Shown here: positions 52,027 to 62,230 of the stretch, one piece after another
How the letters are laid out: each line of letters starts with the position of its first letter
Position numbering within the stretch: the first letter of the stretch is position 1
Assembly (NCBI GenBank): GCA_965242865.1
Contig: CBDETK010000008.1
Coordinates: forward strand, 32,001-96,000
Source: Candidatus Latescibacterota bacterium
GTDB lineage: Bacteria; Latescibacterota; UBA2968; UBA8231
DNA: 64,000 bases
Reading direction: 5' to 3'
Made by a program: the position numbers and the translations under genes
Notes under the pieces: generated by a model
What the model was told of the DNA's origin: nothing
The model's input: the letters and a program-made list of their open reading frames with translations, nothing else
The model's database searches: none

Positions 52027-53334
52027 TCAGGCGTGAGCGAGCCGCTCGAGGACCGAGCCGGAGCGGACGATAGTGTGCTCGCGTCCCGGCCCGGTCGAGA
52101 CGCCCCCGATCTCCACCTCGATGCGGTCTTCCAAGAACGTTAGGTAGTCCCGCGCGACCTGCGGGAGATCGTCGTATGCCTCGATGCCCGATGTCGAACT
52201 CCGCCAGCCAGGAAGTTCCTCGTAGACCGGTTCCACCGCTGCGTAATCCTCGGCGATCGCCGGCATCCAGTCCAGCGTCGCGCCCTTGTAGCGATATCCC
52301 GTGCAAACCGGGATCCTGTCCAAGTAGTCCAGTACGTCCAGCTTGGTGAGGAACAGCGTTGAAAGGTGATTGATCGAGTGGGCGTACCGCAGCAGCGGGA
52401 TGTCGAACCACCCGCAGCGCCTCGGGCGTCCGGTCACCGTGCCGTATTCCTTGCCGACTTCCCGCAGCTTGTCCGCTTCGGGTCCGAACAGTTCCGTCAC
52501 GAACGGCCCTTCCCCCACGCGCGTCGCGTAAGCCTTCGCCACGCCCGCGATCTCGTGCAGCAGTCGCGGCGAGACCCCGGATCCCGTGCAGAGCCCTCCC
52601 GCTGTCGCATTCGACGACGTGACGTATGGGTAGGTGCCGAAGTCAATGTCCAGCATCGTGGCTTGGGCACCCTCGAACAGCAGTCGCTTGCCCTGCTTCG
52701 TGGCGTCGTTGAGGTACTTGCCGGTGTCCGTCACGAACGGGCGCAAGCGGTCGGCGAAGTCTTGGTAGCGCTTCAGAGCGGCATCGACATCCCAAGGTTC
52801 TCCGATACCCGAGGCGTCCGCTAGCACACCCTTCTCCGTCGCGAGTGCGCGGAATCGGTCGGCGAATAGATCCATCGACAGCAGCTCGGCAACGCGAATC
52901 CCGCGTCTGCCGACCTTGTCTTCGTAGCAAGGGCCGATCCCGCGCGAAGTGGTGCCAATCTTGCGCTTGCCCGGCGTGGCCTCCGTCGACCGTTCCATCA
53001 CCGGGTGGTACGGCGAGACCACATGCGCTCTGTTGCTGATGATCAGGTTGCGCTCGACCTCGACTCCAAGGTCACGCAGAGTCTCGATTTCATTGAGGAG
53101 GGCCTCCGGATCGATCACAACCCCGTTTCCGACAACCGCCACCTTGCCGGGGCGGAGGATGCCGCTAGGCACTAGGGAGAGCTTGTATACCTGATCGCCA
53201 ACTTGAACGGTGTGGCCAGCGTTGTTGCCGCCTTGGCAGCGCACGACGATGTCGAAGTGCTCCGCGACCAGATCGATCAGCTTGCCCTTGCCCTCATCCC
53301 CCCACTGCAGACCCAAGACGGCAAGGTTAGGCAT
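52027..53334 (-). CDS. purA: adenylosuccinate synthetase
   Basis: QWGDEGKGK, GGNNAGHT, IGTTSRGIGP, EGAQ, GTYPYVTSS, VTGRPRRCGWFD, TKLDVL. Confidence 0.97.
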   Translation of the reverse strand: MPNLAVLGLQWGDEGKGKLIDLVAEHFDIVVRCQGGNNAGHTVQVGDQVYKLSLVPSGILRPGKVAVVGNGVVIDPEALLNEIETLRDLGVEVERNLIISNRAHVVSPYHPVMERSTEATPGKRKIGTTSRGIGPCYEDKVGRRGIRVAELLSMDLFADRFRALATEKGVLADASGIGEPWDVDAALKRYQDFADRLRPFVTDTGKYLNDATKQGKRLLFEGAQATMLDIDFGTYPYVTSSNATAGGLCTGSGVSPRLLHEIAGVAKAYATRVGEGPFVTELFGPEADKLREVGKEYGTVTGRPRRCGWFDIPLLRYAHSINHLSTLFLTKLDVLDYLDRIPVCTGYRYKGATLDWMPAIAEDYAAVEPVYEELPGWRSSTSGIEAYDDLPQVARDYLTFLEDRIEVEIGGVSTGPGREHTIVRSGSVLERLAHA

Positions 53335-53459
53335 AGCTGTTCCTGTGGAATCCCGCCAAGTGCGGGGAAAGGGGACACCGGGCTCGCCTGCGATAGGGGC
53401 GTTAGGCCGCGGCTCTCCTCTTATTCTAGCCCCTCCAGAGGGAAACGGATCGTCGACGC

Positions 53460-55055
53460 TTAGCCGTCCTGCAGGGAGGGCGGGCCTTCGCGCCAGGCGT
53501 TCCAGAGTCGTTCGAGTCCTGCTACGCGCTCCGGCTGGGACCCGGCGAGATCGTTCAGTTCCGTCCCGTCGGCCTCCAAGTCATAGAGTTCCCATGGTTC
53601 GTCCCGGACAGCGACCAATTTCCACCGCCCCTGCCGAATCGCTCTGCCGCGGCTCCACTGCCAGTACAGTTCGCTCGGCGGCTCTCGCGAGCCGCCTTTG
53701 AGTACCGGCAGCAAACTGCGGCCATCCATGGGATGCACGGGCGAGCCATTGAATTCTGTCGGTTGCGCGACGCCAGCCGCTTCCAAGAACGTTGGCATCA
53801 AGTCGATCACGTGCGCCAATTGGTCGGTGATGCCTCCGGTATCGCCAATCACGTCCGGCCAGCGTGCGATCAGCGGGACGTTGATGCCGCCTTCGTGGTC
53901 ATGCTGCTTGTAGAGGCGGAAGGGCGTGTTGGACGCGTTCGCCCATCCGTATCCGTAGCTCTGGTAGGTGTCCTCGGGGCCCGGCATGACCTCCGGCACG
54001 TTGCCCGGCACGACCGGCCTCCCGTCCCGCGTTTGCTCCGGCAGGTACGGACCCTCGCGATCCGTCGTGTATTCGACATGGCAGCCGCCGTTGTCGACTT
54101 GGAAGACCACCAGCGTGTTGTCCGCTTCACCCGAGGCCTCGAGGAGGTCGAGCAGCTTGCCGATCCCGCGATCCATGCTCGTGACCTGCGCGGAATAGAC
54201 CTCCATCCGGCGTTGCTGCCACGCCTGGTGCGGCTCGTCCGACCAAGCGGGCACGCGCGGATTGCGCGGCGAGAGATCCCAAGCGGGGTTGACCATCCCG
54301 AGTTCCTTGGTCCGAGCGTGGCGCTCGAGGCGCAGGTCGTCCCAGCCCTTGGCGTAGCGGCCTTCGTAGTGCGCGACATCCTCCGGGAAGGCATGCAGCG
54401 GCCAGTGGGCCGCGGTATACGCGACATAGAGGAAGAACGGCCGATCTTGACTCAGTCCGTCTCGCATGAAGTCCAGGGCGTAGTCGGTGATCGCGTCGGT
54501 GTAGTAGAAGTCCGGATCCATGAAGAGATGCTCGGCCGGATCGTTGTCCAGCATCAGCGAAGCCGGCGTCCAGAAGCTCCCGGCACCCAGCATGGTTCCG
54601 AAGAACCGGTCAAATCCGCGCTCGCAGGGAAGGCTCTCGCGCCGCTCGTCGTTCGCAAGATGCCACTTGCCGCTCATGTAGGTCGCGTAGCCCGCGTCGC
54701 CGAGGGCCTCGGCGGCCGTGACCACGGATGGCGAGATGGCGCTCTCGTCCGTCAGCGCCTTGGTCGTGTAGCAGCCGCTCAGCAGAGATGCCCGGGTGGG
54801 CACGCACATGTTGTTGGTGTAGTAGCGCGTGAACCGCAGGCCTTGCGCCGCCAAGCGGTCCAGATGCGGTGTCTCGATCTCGCCGCCGTAGCACCCGAGG
54901 TCGGAATAGCCCATGTCGTCCGACATGATCATCACGATGTTGGGCCGCTTGGGCTCAGCTGGCGCGTCCGGACGCGAGCAACGAACCGCCGCCAATGGCG
55001 CAGCGAGCGCGCCGAGTTGCACGAACCGGCGCCGGTTGATGACGGAGAGATCCAT
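53460..55055 (-). CDS. arylsulfatase, Tat-exported
   Basis: NRRRF Tat signal; SDDMGYSD, CVPTRASL (CxPxR), GKWHL. Confidence 0.93.
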   Translation of the reverse strand: MDLSVINRRRFVQLGALAAPLAAVRCSRPDAPAEPKRPNIVMIMSDDMGYSDLGCYGGEIETPHLDRLAAQGLRFTRYYTNNMCVPTRASLLSGCYTTKALTDESAISPSVVTAAEALGDAGYATYMSGKWHLANDERRESLPCERGFDRFFGTMLGAGSFWTPASLMLDNDPAEHLFMDPDFYYTDAITDYALDFMRDGLSQDRPFFLYVAYTAAHWPLHAFPEDVAHYEGRYAKGWDDLRLERHARTKELGMVNPAWDLSPRNPRVPAWSDEPHQAWQQRRMEVYSAQVTSMDRGIGKLLDLLEASGEADNTLVVFQVDNGGCHVEYTTDREGPYLPEQTRDGRPVVPGNVPEVMPGPEDTYQSYGYGWANASNTPFRLYKQHDHEGGINVPLIARWPDVIGDTGGITDQLAHVIDLMPTFLEAAGVAQPTEFNGSPVHPMDGRSLLPVLKGGSREPPSELYWQWSRGRAIRQGRWKLVAVRDEPWELYDLEADGTELNDLAGSQPERVAGLERLWNAWREGPPSLQDG

Positions 55056-55182
55056 TACGGAAACATCGTACCCCTACACCCGCCGGACCACATGATCGCA
55101 AGCGACTGTCTCACTGCCGCTCCGACTAACTCGGAGTATCATCCGAATTAGTCGGACCATTTCGGAATTCGATTCGATTCGG

Positions 55183-56346
55183 ATGCACTACGAGCGAACC
55201 CTACGCTTGGATCTTCCGCGAGGCCAGTCGGCTTTCCTCTGGGGGCCTCGCAAGGTAGGCAAGTCAACGCTGTTGCGCGAGCGATTCCCGGACTCCGCTC
55301 GCTTCGACCTGCTGGACACGCGCCTGATGCTGGAGCTGACGCGTTCCCCATGGGCGCTTTCGGAACGGGTGCGCGCCTTGGAGCCGGGCGTTCGCGCCAG
55401 ACACATCGTTATCGATGAAGTGCAAAAGGTACCGACCGTTCTGGACGAGATCCACCGGTTGATCGAGGACGACGGCCTGAGCTTCGTGCTTTGCGGCTCC
55501 AGTGCCAGGAAGCTGAAGCGCACGGGCTCGAACCTGCTCGGCGGGCGCGCATGGCGCTTCGCCCTCCAGCCGCTAGCTTGGCTGGAGGTGCCGGCGTTCG
55601 ACATCCTGCAGGCCGTGAACCGCGGACTGGTCCCGCAACACTATGACAGTGCGCAGCACCGTCGCGCTCTCGCGGGATATGTGGAGGATTACTTGAAGGA
55701 GGAGGTGTTCGCCGAAGGGCTGACGAGGAACGTGGCCGCGTTCGCCCGGTTCTTCGAGACGCTCTCGTTCTGCCACGGCGAATTGGTCAATTACAGCGAC
55801 ATTGCCCGCGACTGCGGCGTGGATTCCAAGACCGTCCGCGAGTATTTCCAGATTCTCGTCGACACGCTACTCGGAGTCTTCGTGGAGCCGTTCAGCCGCC
55901 GTCGCTCGCGCGCGGTCATCACCCGTGCCCCGAAGTTCTACTTGTTCGATGTCGGGGTCGCGGGCCACCTCGCCGGACGGCGGATCGAGCGTCCGTCCGG
56001 CGCGGAGTTTGGGCGCGCCTTCGAGCACTTCCTGCTGATGGAACTGCTCGCCTATCGCGCTTATCGCGAGCGCGATTTCCCGGTGCGCTTCTGGCGCACC
56101 AAGTCGGGACTGGAATGCGATTTCGTGCTGGGCGCGGACGGTGCCACGGTGATTGCAGCGAAGGGTGGCGGACGAGTCCGGCCGTCGGAACTTGCGGGAA
56201 TCCGCGCTTTTGTCGACGAGCATGAGCCCCGTCACGCCGTGGTGGTGTGCAACGAGAGCGACGCTAGACGGACGCCGGACGGAGTCTGGATATTGCCGTG
56301 GCGTCAGTTCCTCGAACGGCTCTGGGCGGACGAGTTCTTCGATTGA
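55183..56346 (+). CDS. AAA_14 ATPase with C-terminal DUF4143
   Basis: GPRKVGKST, IDEVQK, CGSSARKL, LLGGRA, KFYLFDVG, FWRTKSG.ECD. Confidence 0.9.
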   Translation: MHYERTLRLDLPRGQSAFLWGPRKVGKSTLLRERFPDSARFDLLDTRLMLELTRSPWALSERVRALEPGVRARHIVIDEVQKVPTVLDEIHRLIEDDGLSFVLCGSSARKLKRTGSNLLGGRAWRFALQPLAWLEVPAFDILQAVNRGLVPQHYDSAQHRRALAGYVEDYLKEEVFAEGLTRNVAAFARFFETLSFCHGELVNYSDIARDCGVDSKTVREYFQILVDTLLGVFVEPFSRRRSRAVITRAPKFYLFDVGVAGHLAGRRIERPSGAEFGRAFEHFLLMELLAYRAYRERDFPVRFWRTKSGLECDFVLGADGATVIAAKGGGRVRPSELAGIRAFVDEHEPRHAVVVCNESDARRTPDGVWILPWRQFLERLWADEFFD

Positions 56347-56530
56347 CCGACCAGGCTCGGGTATCCGGTCACCAAGCTGCCGAACCATGCGCCGGTGCCG
56401 TTGCGCCCCCGGTGCCGGTGATCGCTTTCCGCTTGATCTTCAACGGTCGTTGCAAAGTTCCGCTCCGAATCCTGCGGTGCTGTCTCGCCGACTCAGGTCG
56501 ATGTGCGCTGCAACCCCAACCAAGCGGGAA

Positions 56531-56558
56531 GACGGGAGCGGAAGGTGACGCTCCCGTC
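56531..56558. terminator. hairpin between convergent genes
   Basis: GACGGGAGCG-N8-CGCTCCCGTC, perfect 10-bp stem about 20 nt past the stop of the 1655-aa gene. Confidence 0.5.
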
Positions 56559-56579
56559 AAATCGTGCCGCGCCCGAGCC

Positions 56580-59500
56580 CTACGGTGCGGGATTGTAGTC
56601 GGCTCCGAACGAGCCGTAGATCTTGCCGGCGCCGTTGTTCCCGCCGGTGGCGCTCATCCAGTGCCCCGTACCGTATTGAGCACCGGTGCCGATGATCGCC
56701 CATGTCCCCATCACGGCCAACGGGCCGTCGGGGCCTTGGCCCACGAACATGCCGCTGATTTCCGCGGAAAGATCGATATCCGATTTCGCGACGTTCAAGT
56801 AGCCTCTTGCGGGGCCGCTGAAGAAATCGTCGAAACTGGCCTCCGGAGTCCGCGGGGCGGACCAAACGACGTGAGACTTTTGGTTGCGGGGACCGGAGCC
56901 GTCCGGATCCGTAGCGAATATGCTCCCTGTCGAGAAGCCTCCGACAGCATTCTCCAAGGTGGTTCCGTCCTCAAACTCCAAGACCACCCTGCCGTTGCCC
57001 GAAGTCGGCCTTTCGTACGTCGCGGACACGAGTTCCAACTTGTGTCCCAACCGTCCGTCCGCGTCAGTCCACTCGGAGTTGGCCAGACTGTTCAACTGCG
57101 CGAGGCCCGCGGCGTCCATGGAAACCGAGGATCCGGGGTCCGGCGGATCGCTGGTGTCGAAGAGATTGATGAAATCCTGCCGAGCAACCCCCGGCAGGTT
57201 GTCGGCCGCGTTAATCGCTCGGCCGTCGCTCGGGCGGTTCCCGCCGCTGTGGTGAACGCGCAACCTCCCCGCGCTTAGTTCTAGCGTGTTGATGTTCCAG
57301 AGGGTGTCGTCCCGGTACCCCTTCAACTCGCCAGGGAGGTCCGCGTACGTGATCTCGACGTCAATGTCGGTCTCCTCGAAGCCGATCTTGCCGCTCGCGT
57401 CGGCCCCGATGTCAGCCCAGAACGTCAGCGTCTCGACATCGAACGTGCCGGGCCTGGACCGCGTGAAGGTATTGTCCGCGGCCCGGTAGTTGATCAAGCC
57501 GTGCTGCAGCAAGCCGAAGCCCCCTCCGGATTCCCGGGCGGTCAGGTCGCTGATGTCGACGCGGAGGTCGCCCGCGACGGTCGCGGCGTCCCATTGCACC
57601 CGTGCCGTGACATCGCCTTCATAGAAGACGGTGTGCTGCATGGCCACCGTTCTCCCCTCGTAAGTCGCCAGCACGCCGGCGGGGTATCTCGACGAGCTGA
57701 TCGAGTCGTAATCCGACTGGGCCAGCGGGCTGTAAGCGAACGGCTCGCCGAACTCCTCGATCCTGTGGTAGCCGCTGTAGCTCCCATTCCGCCAGGACGA
57801 CAGCCGGTGGGCCGCGTACTGGCTCGTGTGGATCTGCCAGGCTCCCAAGCGGGTATGGTCCGTGGTATCGGTCAGAAACAGGATTCGCGTCGGCGACTTG
57901 TTCCACATGATATCGACCGAAGGATCGACGCCGCTGCCGCTGTCGAACCCGCTATCCGCCTTGCCGTAGAAGATCCCGCCCTCCGCGAAAGCGTCCGCGA
58001 AAGCGTCCCGGTTCTCCAGTGCTGCCAGCACGTCTTCGACCCGGGTGATGACCTCGCGGTCCCTGGCCAGGCCCGCGCTAGTCACCGGGTAATCGCTGTG
58101 AGCCGTCCACGCGGTCGCCGCGTCTCCCTCGAGTGGCGTCGTCTCGGCCGGGTCCAGCACGCCGCTATCCCGGCTCGCGTCCCTGCCCCGCGTGATGAAG
58201 TCCTTGCCTCTGTTGTCCGGGCCCAGCAGATGGCCTCGGATCCAGTTCTGCATCTCGTCGAAGATTCGCTGTCGCTGGTCGTTGGCGAAGCGGGTGTCGT
58301 CGGCGCTCGCTTCCGCGCCGTCCAGGCTGACCACTCTCCGCAACTGGCCGAGCAGCTTGGTGAGCTCTTCCCGGACGACTTGGACATGCGTCGGCGACTT
58401 GAACTCGGCCGATGCGGCGACCCGCACACGAGAATCTCTGGATTGCGGCTCGTACCCGTCCGTGAACAGCCGCTCGCGATCCAGCGTGAACTTGTAGAAA
58501 TTGCGAGGTTCGTTCTTGAAGTCGTAAAACTCGTAGCTGCGGTCGTCTCCGAGGTTCCCCAAGCGCAAGTAGCTCGCGACGACGAGGTTGTTGTTCTCGG
58601 TGCTGATCGTAGTCCGCGACTCGGTGATCGCCACTCCCGGCTCTCCTCCCGGATATTCGATCGGCTCTAGATCCGATGCCGGGCGCAACCCGCCGTTTCC
58701 CGACCGTCTCGACAGTACCACCCGTCTGGAGACGCTCGCGGCCGTCGCAAAGTCGGGTTCTGGCGGCGCGGTCGTCGACATCAACGTGCCGTCGTCGCGG
58801 GCCGCGCCGAAAACAGCTGCCGCTACTTCCAAGGGATTCTGGGACGCGCTGCCTGCCGCTACCGTGCTCCGGAAGGCGGTCACGGCGGCACTCGCCGCCG
58901 CAACGGTGTATCCCGCTCTCCGCAGCGCCGCTTGGAACTGGCTCACGGCCGCCTCGACCGCAGCTTCGTCCGCCGGGTCCAGCGCGGCCTGCTCGCCCAG
59001 CCCGGCCGCCGACAGCGCCAGCCGGAATTGGTCCTCCTCCAAAGGCTCGCCTAGGATGCCCCGGGCCCGGGCCGTGCTGAACGCGTTCGCAGCCGTTCGC
59101 GATATGTCCTGATCCGGAGTGCCTGCCAGCACAGTCTGTCGGAAGGAAAGCGCTACCGTGCGCGCCGCGGCCGGGCCGTAACCGGCCGCCAGCAAAGCTG
59201 CTTGGAATCGATTCACCACCGCCTCCACGGCGTCGGTGTCCGCCGGGTCCAACGCACTGCCCTCGCCCAGTCCGGCTGCCTCCAGCGCCGTACCGAACAG
59301 GGAGCGCTCGCGGGCCGCCTGCCGGTCCGACGGAATCGGGGCGCGCATCGCCCCGAAGCCGCCCGCCAGGAGCGTGGACCCGCGACTGTCCGCGATCTTC
59401 CAGGCCCCAAGCACCTGCGCGCCGACATCGACCTCGCGGCCCAGCAGTCGACCGCTGAAATCGCCCTCGACGCCCGTCTCCAGTTCCGGTGCGCCGCCCG

Positions 59501-61547
59501 GCAGCGAGTAGTAGGACAGCCGTACCGCGCCCTCGCGCTCCGCCCAACTGCCGTTGCGCCGCAGGTTCGCTTCCGGCAGCGTGATCGCCTCGACCGCCCC
59601 GCCGAAGCCGTACGTCCAAGCCGCGCCGGTGTCCGTCCGCGCTAGATTCAGCACCACGCCGTCCACTCGTTGCGGCCCGAATCGCACCTGCACGTCCATG
59701 TCGCCCGCGTACAAGACGCCCTTGCTGTCTGCCGCGTAGGTCCCGCCGGTGTAGTAGGCGTTGCCTTGCACTTGGACATGGTTAGCCCTTCGCACGGGCT
59801 CCACGGTCGACCACGCGAACCCTTGCGCCCGCCGTCCGCTCGACAGTTCCTTGGTCGCGTCAGCCCTCTCCACGTAGCTCGCCGCGCCGTAACGCACGTC
59901 TCCAATCACGCTCAGGGCGGCTTCTGCTGTCCACTCTTCCGCGTCGAAGGCCTTGGCCGCGTTCGCCGCGCTGAGCGTATTGAACCCTCCGATGAAGTCG
60001 CTGCCGCCCTGCTCGGTCGCCGCCGCCAGGCTCTCCGCGCTCGAGAACGCTTCCACTACCCGGTCGAACGAGTCCAGCAGCCGATTCCGGTTGTATTCGC
60101 GCTCCAACTCCAAGTCGTCATCGCCGAAGAACGCCCTCAGATGCCTCTCCGCGCTCGCCCAGTGACGGTCGAGCAGGCTCCTGAAGGTGGCCTGACTGTC
60201 CGCGAAGGTCCCGGCCCGCTCCGTCTCCACGAGCCGCTCCATCTGGCCGCGGATCTTGGTCAGCTCGGTCAGCGTGCTCGCTGCCAGACGCGGTCCCGCC
60301 GCGGTAGCCTGCCCGCTGCCCAGCAGGTCGCCCATGGCGAACTCCGCCTGCACAACCTCCAGCGTCACGCCCGTCTCGTCGATTGCGGTCTTGCGGTCGT
60401 CCGTGCTCAGCATCGGCAATTCGTTGGCGCCCGCAGCGTCCTCCTTCATGGCCGTGCCCTCAGCCATCGGCAGGTCGTAGCGCATGCCCGAGAACATGCC
60501 CTCGGCGTCCATTGCCACGCGATACAGCGCGCCGTACAAGGAGATGTTGCCGCTGCCGTCGGCCGGCAGCGTGACGCCGGTCGCGCCTGCTACCGAGTAG
60601 CCCCCGCTGTCCTCGTCGCGCGTCACCTGCAGATCCGTGCCCGCGACCTGCAGAGCCTCCGGCGCGTACTCGGCCGTCCAGACGCCGTCGGCCAGAGTCA
60701 GCGTGTAGGCGTTGGTGTCGCCCGCTTGGTTCTCCGCCTCGACGGTGCCGCCCGACGCCACGGTCCGCTCGCCCATCTGCCACGAGCCGTCCTCGGATCG
60801 CGACACCGTCGCCGAGCCGCCTTCGGCGCCCAGCGCCAGCGTCTGCACAGTGGCCCTGTAGGTGCCCACCCAGCCACCGCGCTCGGTGCGCTCCAGCGCG
60901 TACTCGTTGCCGTTCGCGGTGACGATCGCCCCCGCCATCACGGTCATGCCGTCCGCGTCCTGGAAGGTGTCGTCCTCTTGTCGATACAGCGTCAGCGTGC
61001 CGCCCAGCTGGCCTAGCGCTGCCGTCACGGCCTCCGGCACGTACACGGCCATGGGCACGCCATCCTCTCCCAGCTCAACGCCGTAAGTGTTGCCGTTCTC
61101 GGTGGTGTAACGTGTTTCGGCGGTGATGGTCGTGCCGTCGGGGAGCGCGTAGGAGCCGTCCTCTTGGCGGGTGATGATGACCAATTCGCCTCTGGTCCCC
61201 AGCGGAACGGTCACTTCAACCGGGTTGTAGGTCGCCGCCCACGTACCGTCCTCGCTCATGCTGAGGGTGTAGCTGTTGCCGTTCGAGCTGGTCGTCATGG
61301 TCTCGCCGGATATGACCGGTGCGCCGTCCAGCGTGTAGCCGCCGGATTCGGTGGGCATCAAGGTCACCGACTCGTCGCTGGAGCCGAGTGCGACCTCCAC
61401 GGCGTGTGAGTGGGACCGTGCCGGGGGACCGGTTACAGCGCCTTGCTCGTCAACCCCGAGCGCTGCCGGACAAAGTGCCAGCACGATGCATGGTGCGAGA
61501 AGGGATCGCCCCCCCCCATTTCTGTGCCCGAGTCGAAAGATCGTCAT
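56580..61547 (-). CDS. large secreted/surface repeat protein with TbpB-like barrels (1655 aa)
   Basis: Signal peptide; four ~60-aa beta-rich repeats (V.LG..G..V.....EDG.Y...NGN.Y.L....G.W.A.Y); two ~88-aa Ala-rich helical repeats; two barrel modules ending GGFGA and GSFGA. Confidence 0.85.
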   Translation of the reverse strand: MTIFRLGHRNGGGRSLLAPCIVLALCPAALGVDEQGAVTGPPARSHSHAVEVALGSSDESVTLMPTESGGYTLDGAPVISGETMTTSSNGNSYTLSMSEDGTWAATYNPVEVTVPLGTRGELVIITRQEDGSYALPDGTTITAETRYTTENGNTYGVELGEDGVPMAVYVPEAVTAALGQLGGTLTLYRQEDDTFQDADGMTVMAGAIVTANGNEYALERTERGGWVGTYRATVQTLALGAEGGSATVSRSEDGSWQMGERTVASGGTVEAENQAGDTNAYTLTLADGVWTAEYAPEALQVAGTDLQVTRDEDSGGYSVAGATGVTLPADGSGNISLYGALYRVAMDAEGMFSGMRYDLPMAEGTAMKEDAAGANELPMLSTDDRKTAIDETGVTLEVVQAEFAMGDLLGSGQATAAGPRLAASTLTELTKIRGQMERLVETERAGTFADSQATFRSLLDRHWASAERHLRAFFGDDDLELEREYNRNRLLDSFDRVVEAFSSAESLAAATEQGGSDFIGGFNTLSAANAAKAFDAEEWTAEAALSVIGDVRYGAASYVERADATKELSSGRRAQGFAWSTVEPVRRANHVQVQGNAYYTGGTYAADSKGVLYAGDMDVQVRFGPQRVDGVVLNLARTDTGAAWTYGFGGAVEAITLPEANLRRNGSWAEREGAVRLSYYSLPGGAPELETGVEGDFSGRLLGREVDVGAQVLGAWKIADSRGSTLLAGGFGAMRAPIPSDRQAARERSLFGTALEAAGLGEGSALDPADTDAVEAVVNRFQAALLAAGYGPAAARTVALSFRQTVLAGTPDQDISRTAANAFSTARARGILGEPLEEDQFRLALSAAGLGEQAALDPADEAAVEAAVSQFQAALRRAGYTVAAASAAVTAFRSTVAAGSASQNPLEVAAAVFGAARDDGTLMSTTAPPEPDFATAASVSRRVVLSRRSGNGGLRPASDLEPIEYPGGEPGVAITESRTTISTENNNLVVASYLRLGNLGDDRSYEFYDFKNEPRNFYKFTLDRERLFTDGYEPQSRDSRVRVAASAEFKSPTHVQVVREELTKLLGQLRRVVSLDGAEASADDTRFANDQRQRIFDEMQNWIRGHLLGPDNRGKDFITRGRDASRDSGVLDPAETTPLEGDAATAWTAHSDYPVTSAGLARDREVITRVEDVLAALENRDAFADAFAEGGIFYGKADSGFDSGSGVDPSVDIMWNKSPTRILFLTDTTDHTRLGAWQIHTSQYAAHRLSSWRNGSYSGYHRIEEFGEPFAYSPLAQSDYDSISSSRYPAGVLATYEGRTVAMQHTVFYEGDVTARVQWDAATVAGDLRVDISDLTARESGGGFGLLQHGLINYRAADNTFTRSRPGTFDVETLTFWADIGADASGKIGFEETDIDVEITYADLPGELKGYRDDTLWNINTLELSAGRLRVHHSGGNRPSDGRAINAADNLPGVARQDFINLFDTSDPPDPGSSVSMDAAGLAQLNSLANSEWTDADGRLGHKLELVSATYERPTSGNGRVVLEFEDGTTLENAVGGFSTGSIFATDPDGSGPRNQKSHVVWSAPRTPEASFDDFFSGPARGYLNVAKSDIDLSAEISGMFVGQGPDGPLAVMGTWAIIGTGAQYGTGHWMSATGGNNGAGKIYGSFGADYNPAP
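61509..61517 (-). repeat. G9 homopolymer in the signal-peptide coding region
   Basis: C9 on + strand; coding strand AAT GGG GGG GGG CGA (N-G-G-G-R). Confidence 0.9.
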
Positions 61548-61594
61548 TGCTGAACCTACACAAGCCCTGTTTCAGTCATCACCAGAAACTGCTC

Positions 61595-61606
61595 GGGGGG
61601 GGGGGG
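61595..61606 (-). repeat. C12 homopolymer upstream of the 1655-aa gene
   Basis: G12 on + strand, about 50 nt upstream of the ATG. Confidence 0.9.
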
Positions 61607-61676
61607 TGAAGACTGACACTTTCCCCGACCTTCTCCCGATCGCGCCTGCGCTCCTCGCGAAAGCCCGACTCTTGAT

Positions 61677-61707
61677 ATTGTAGACTGATCGTGCGGAGCA
61701 TTGTCAA
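61677..61707 (-). promoter_or_regulatory. putative promoter of the 1655-aa gene
   Basis: Minus strand TTGACA-N19-TACAAT; the spacer is longer than optimal. Confidence 0.45.
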
Positions 61708-62230
61708 CTCTACTGCATCCGGGCGGTACAGGGGATGGCAATCCGAATATCAAAACTTTGTAAAGAATCTGATCAAGAGTGAAATCTGCCCATCGCTCGC
61801 CAGTCCGCCGATGCGGAAAATCGAATGTCTGGACAATCGGCTTGGAGGAACCGCAGGGGCGAGACTTCGCAACTAGAAGCTAGACCTACTTCTATTCGGG
61901 ACGAACGATCCGGCGAGACAGCTTGTGGTATACGGGGTGTCTTGGCCGTAGCGCGCACCGGGGATTTGATCGCCGAGACAATGAGAAAGCCATGCACGAC
62001 GCGTCAAGGCCGCAAGAAGCCTAGCCAATGACGAAGGGGACGAACCACGTTTGACCGTCGGTCCGGAGTGATTCGTCGGAGTGCGCGGGGGCGGGCAATG
62101 CCTCGTGTTTTCAATCGTCGACGCGGCGGGACTCAGACGAGTTAACCCGCAGGGCCCGGTTGGTTCGATGACGCGACGGAATATCGCAGTTGCACGAATT
62201 GCGCCGCAGAGCACGTGCCCTCCCGATGCC

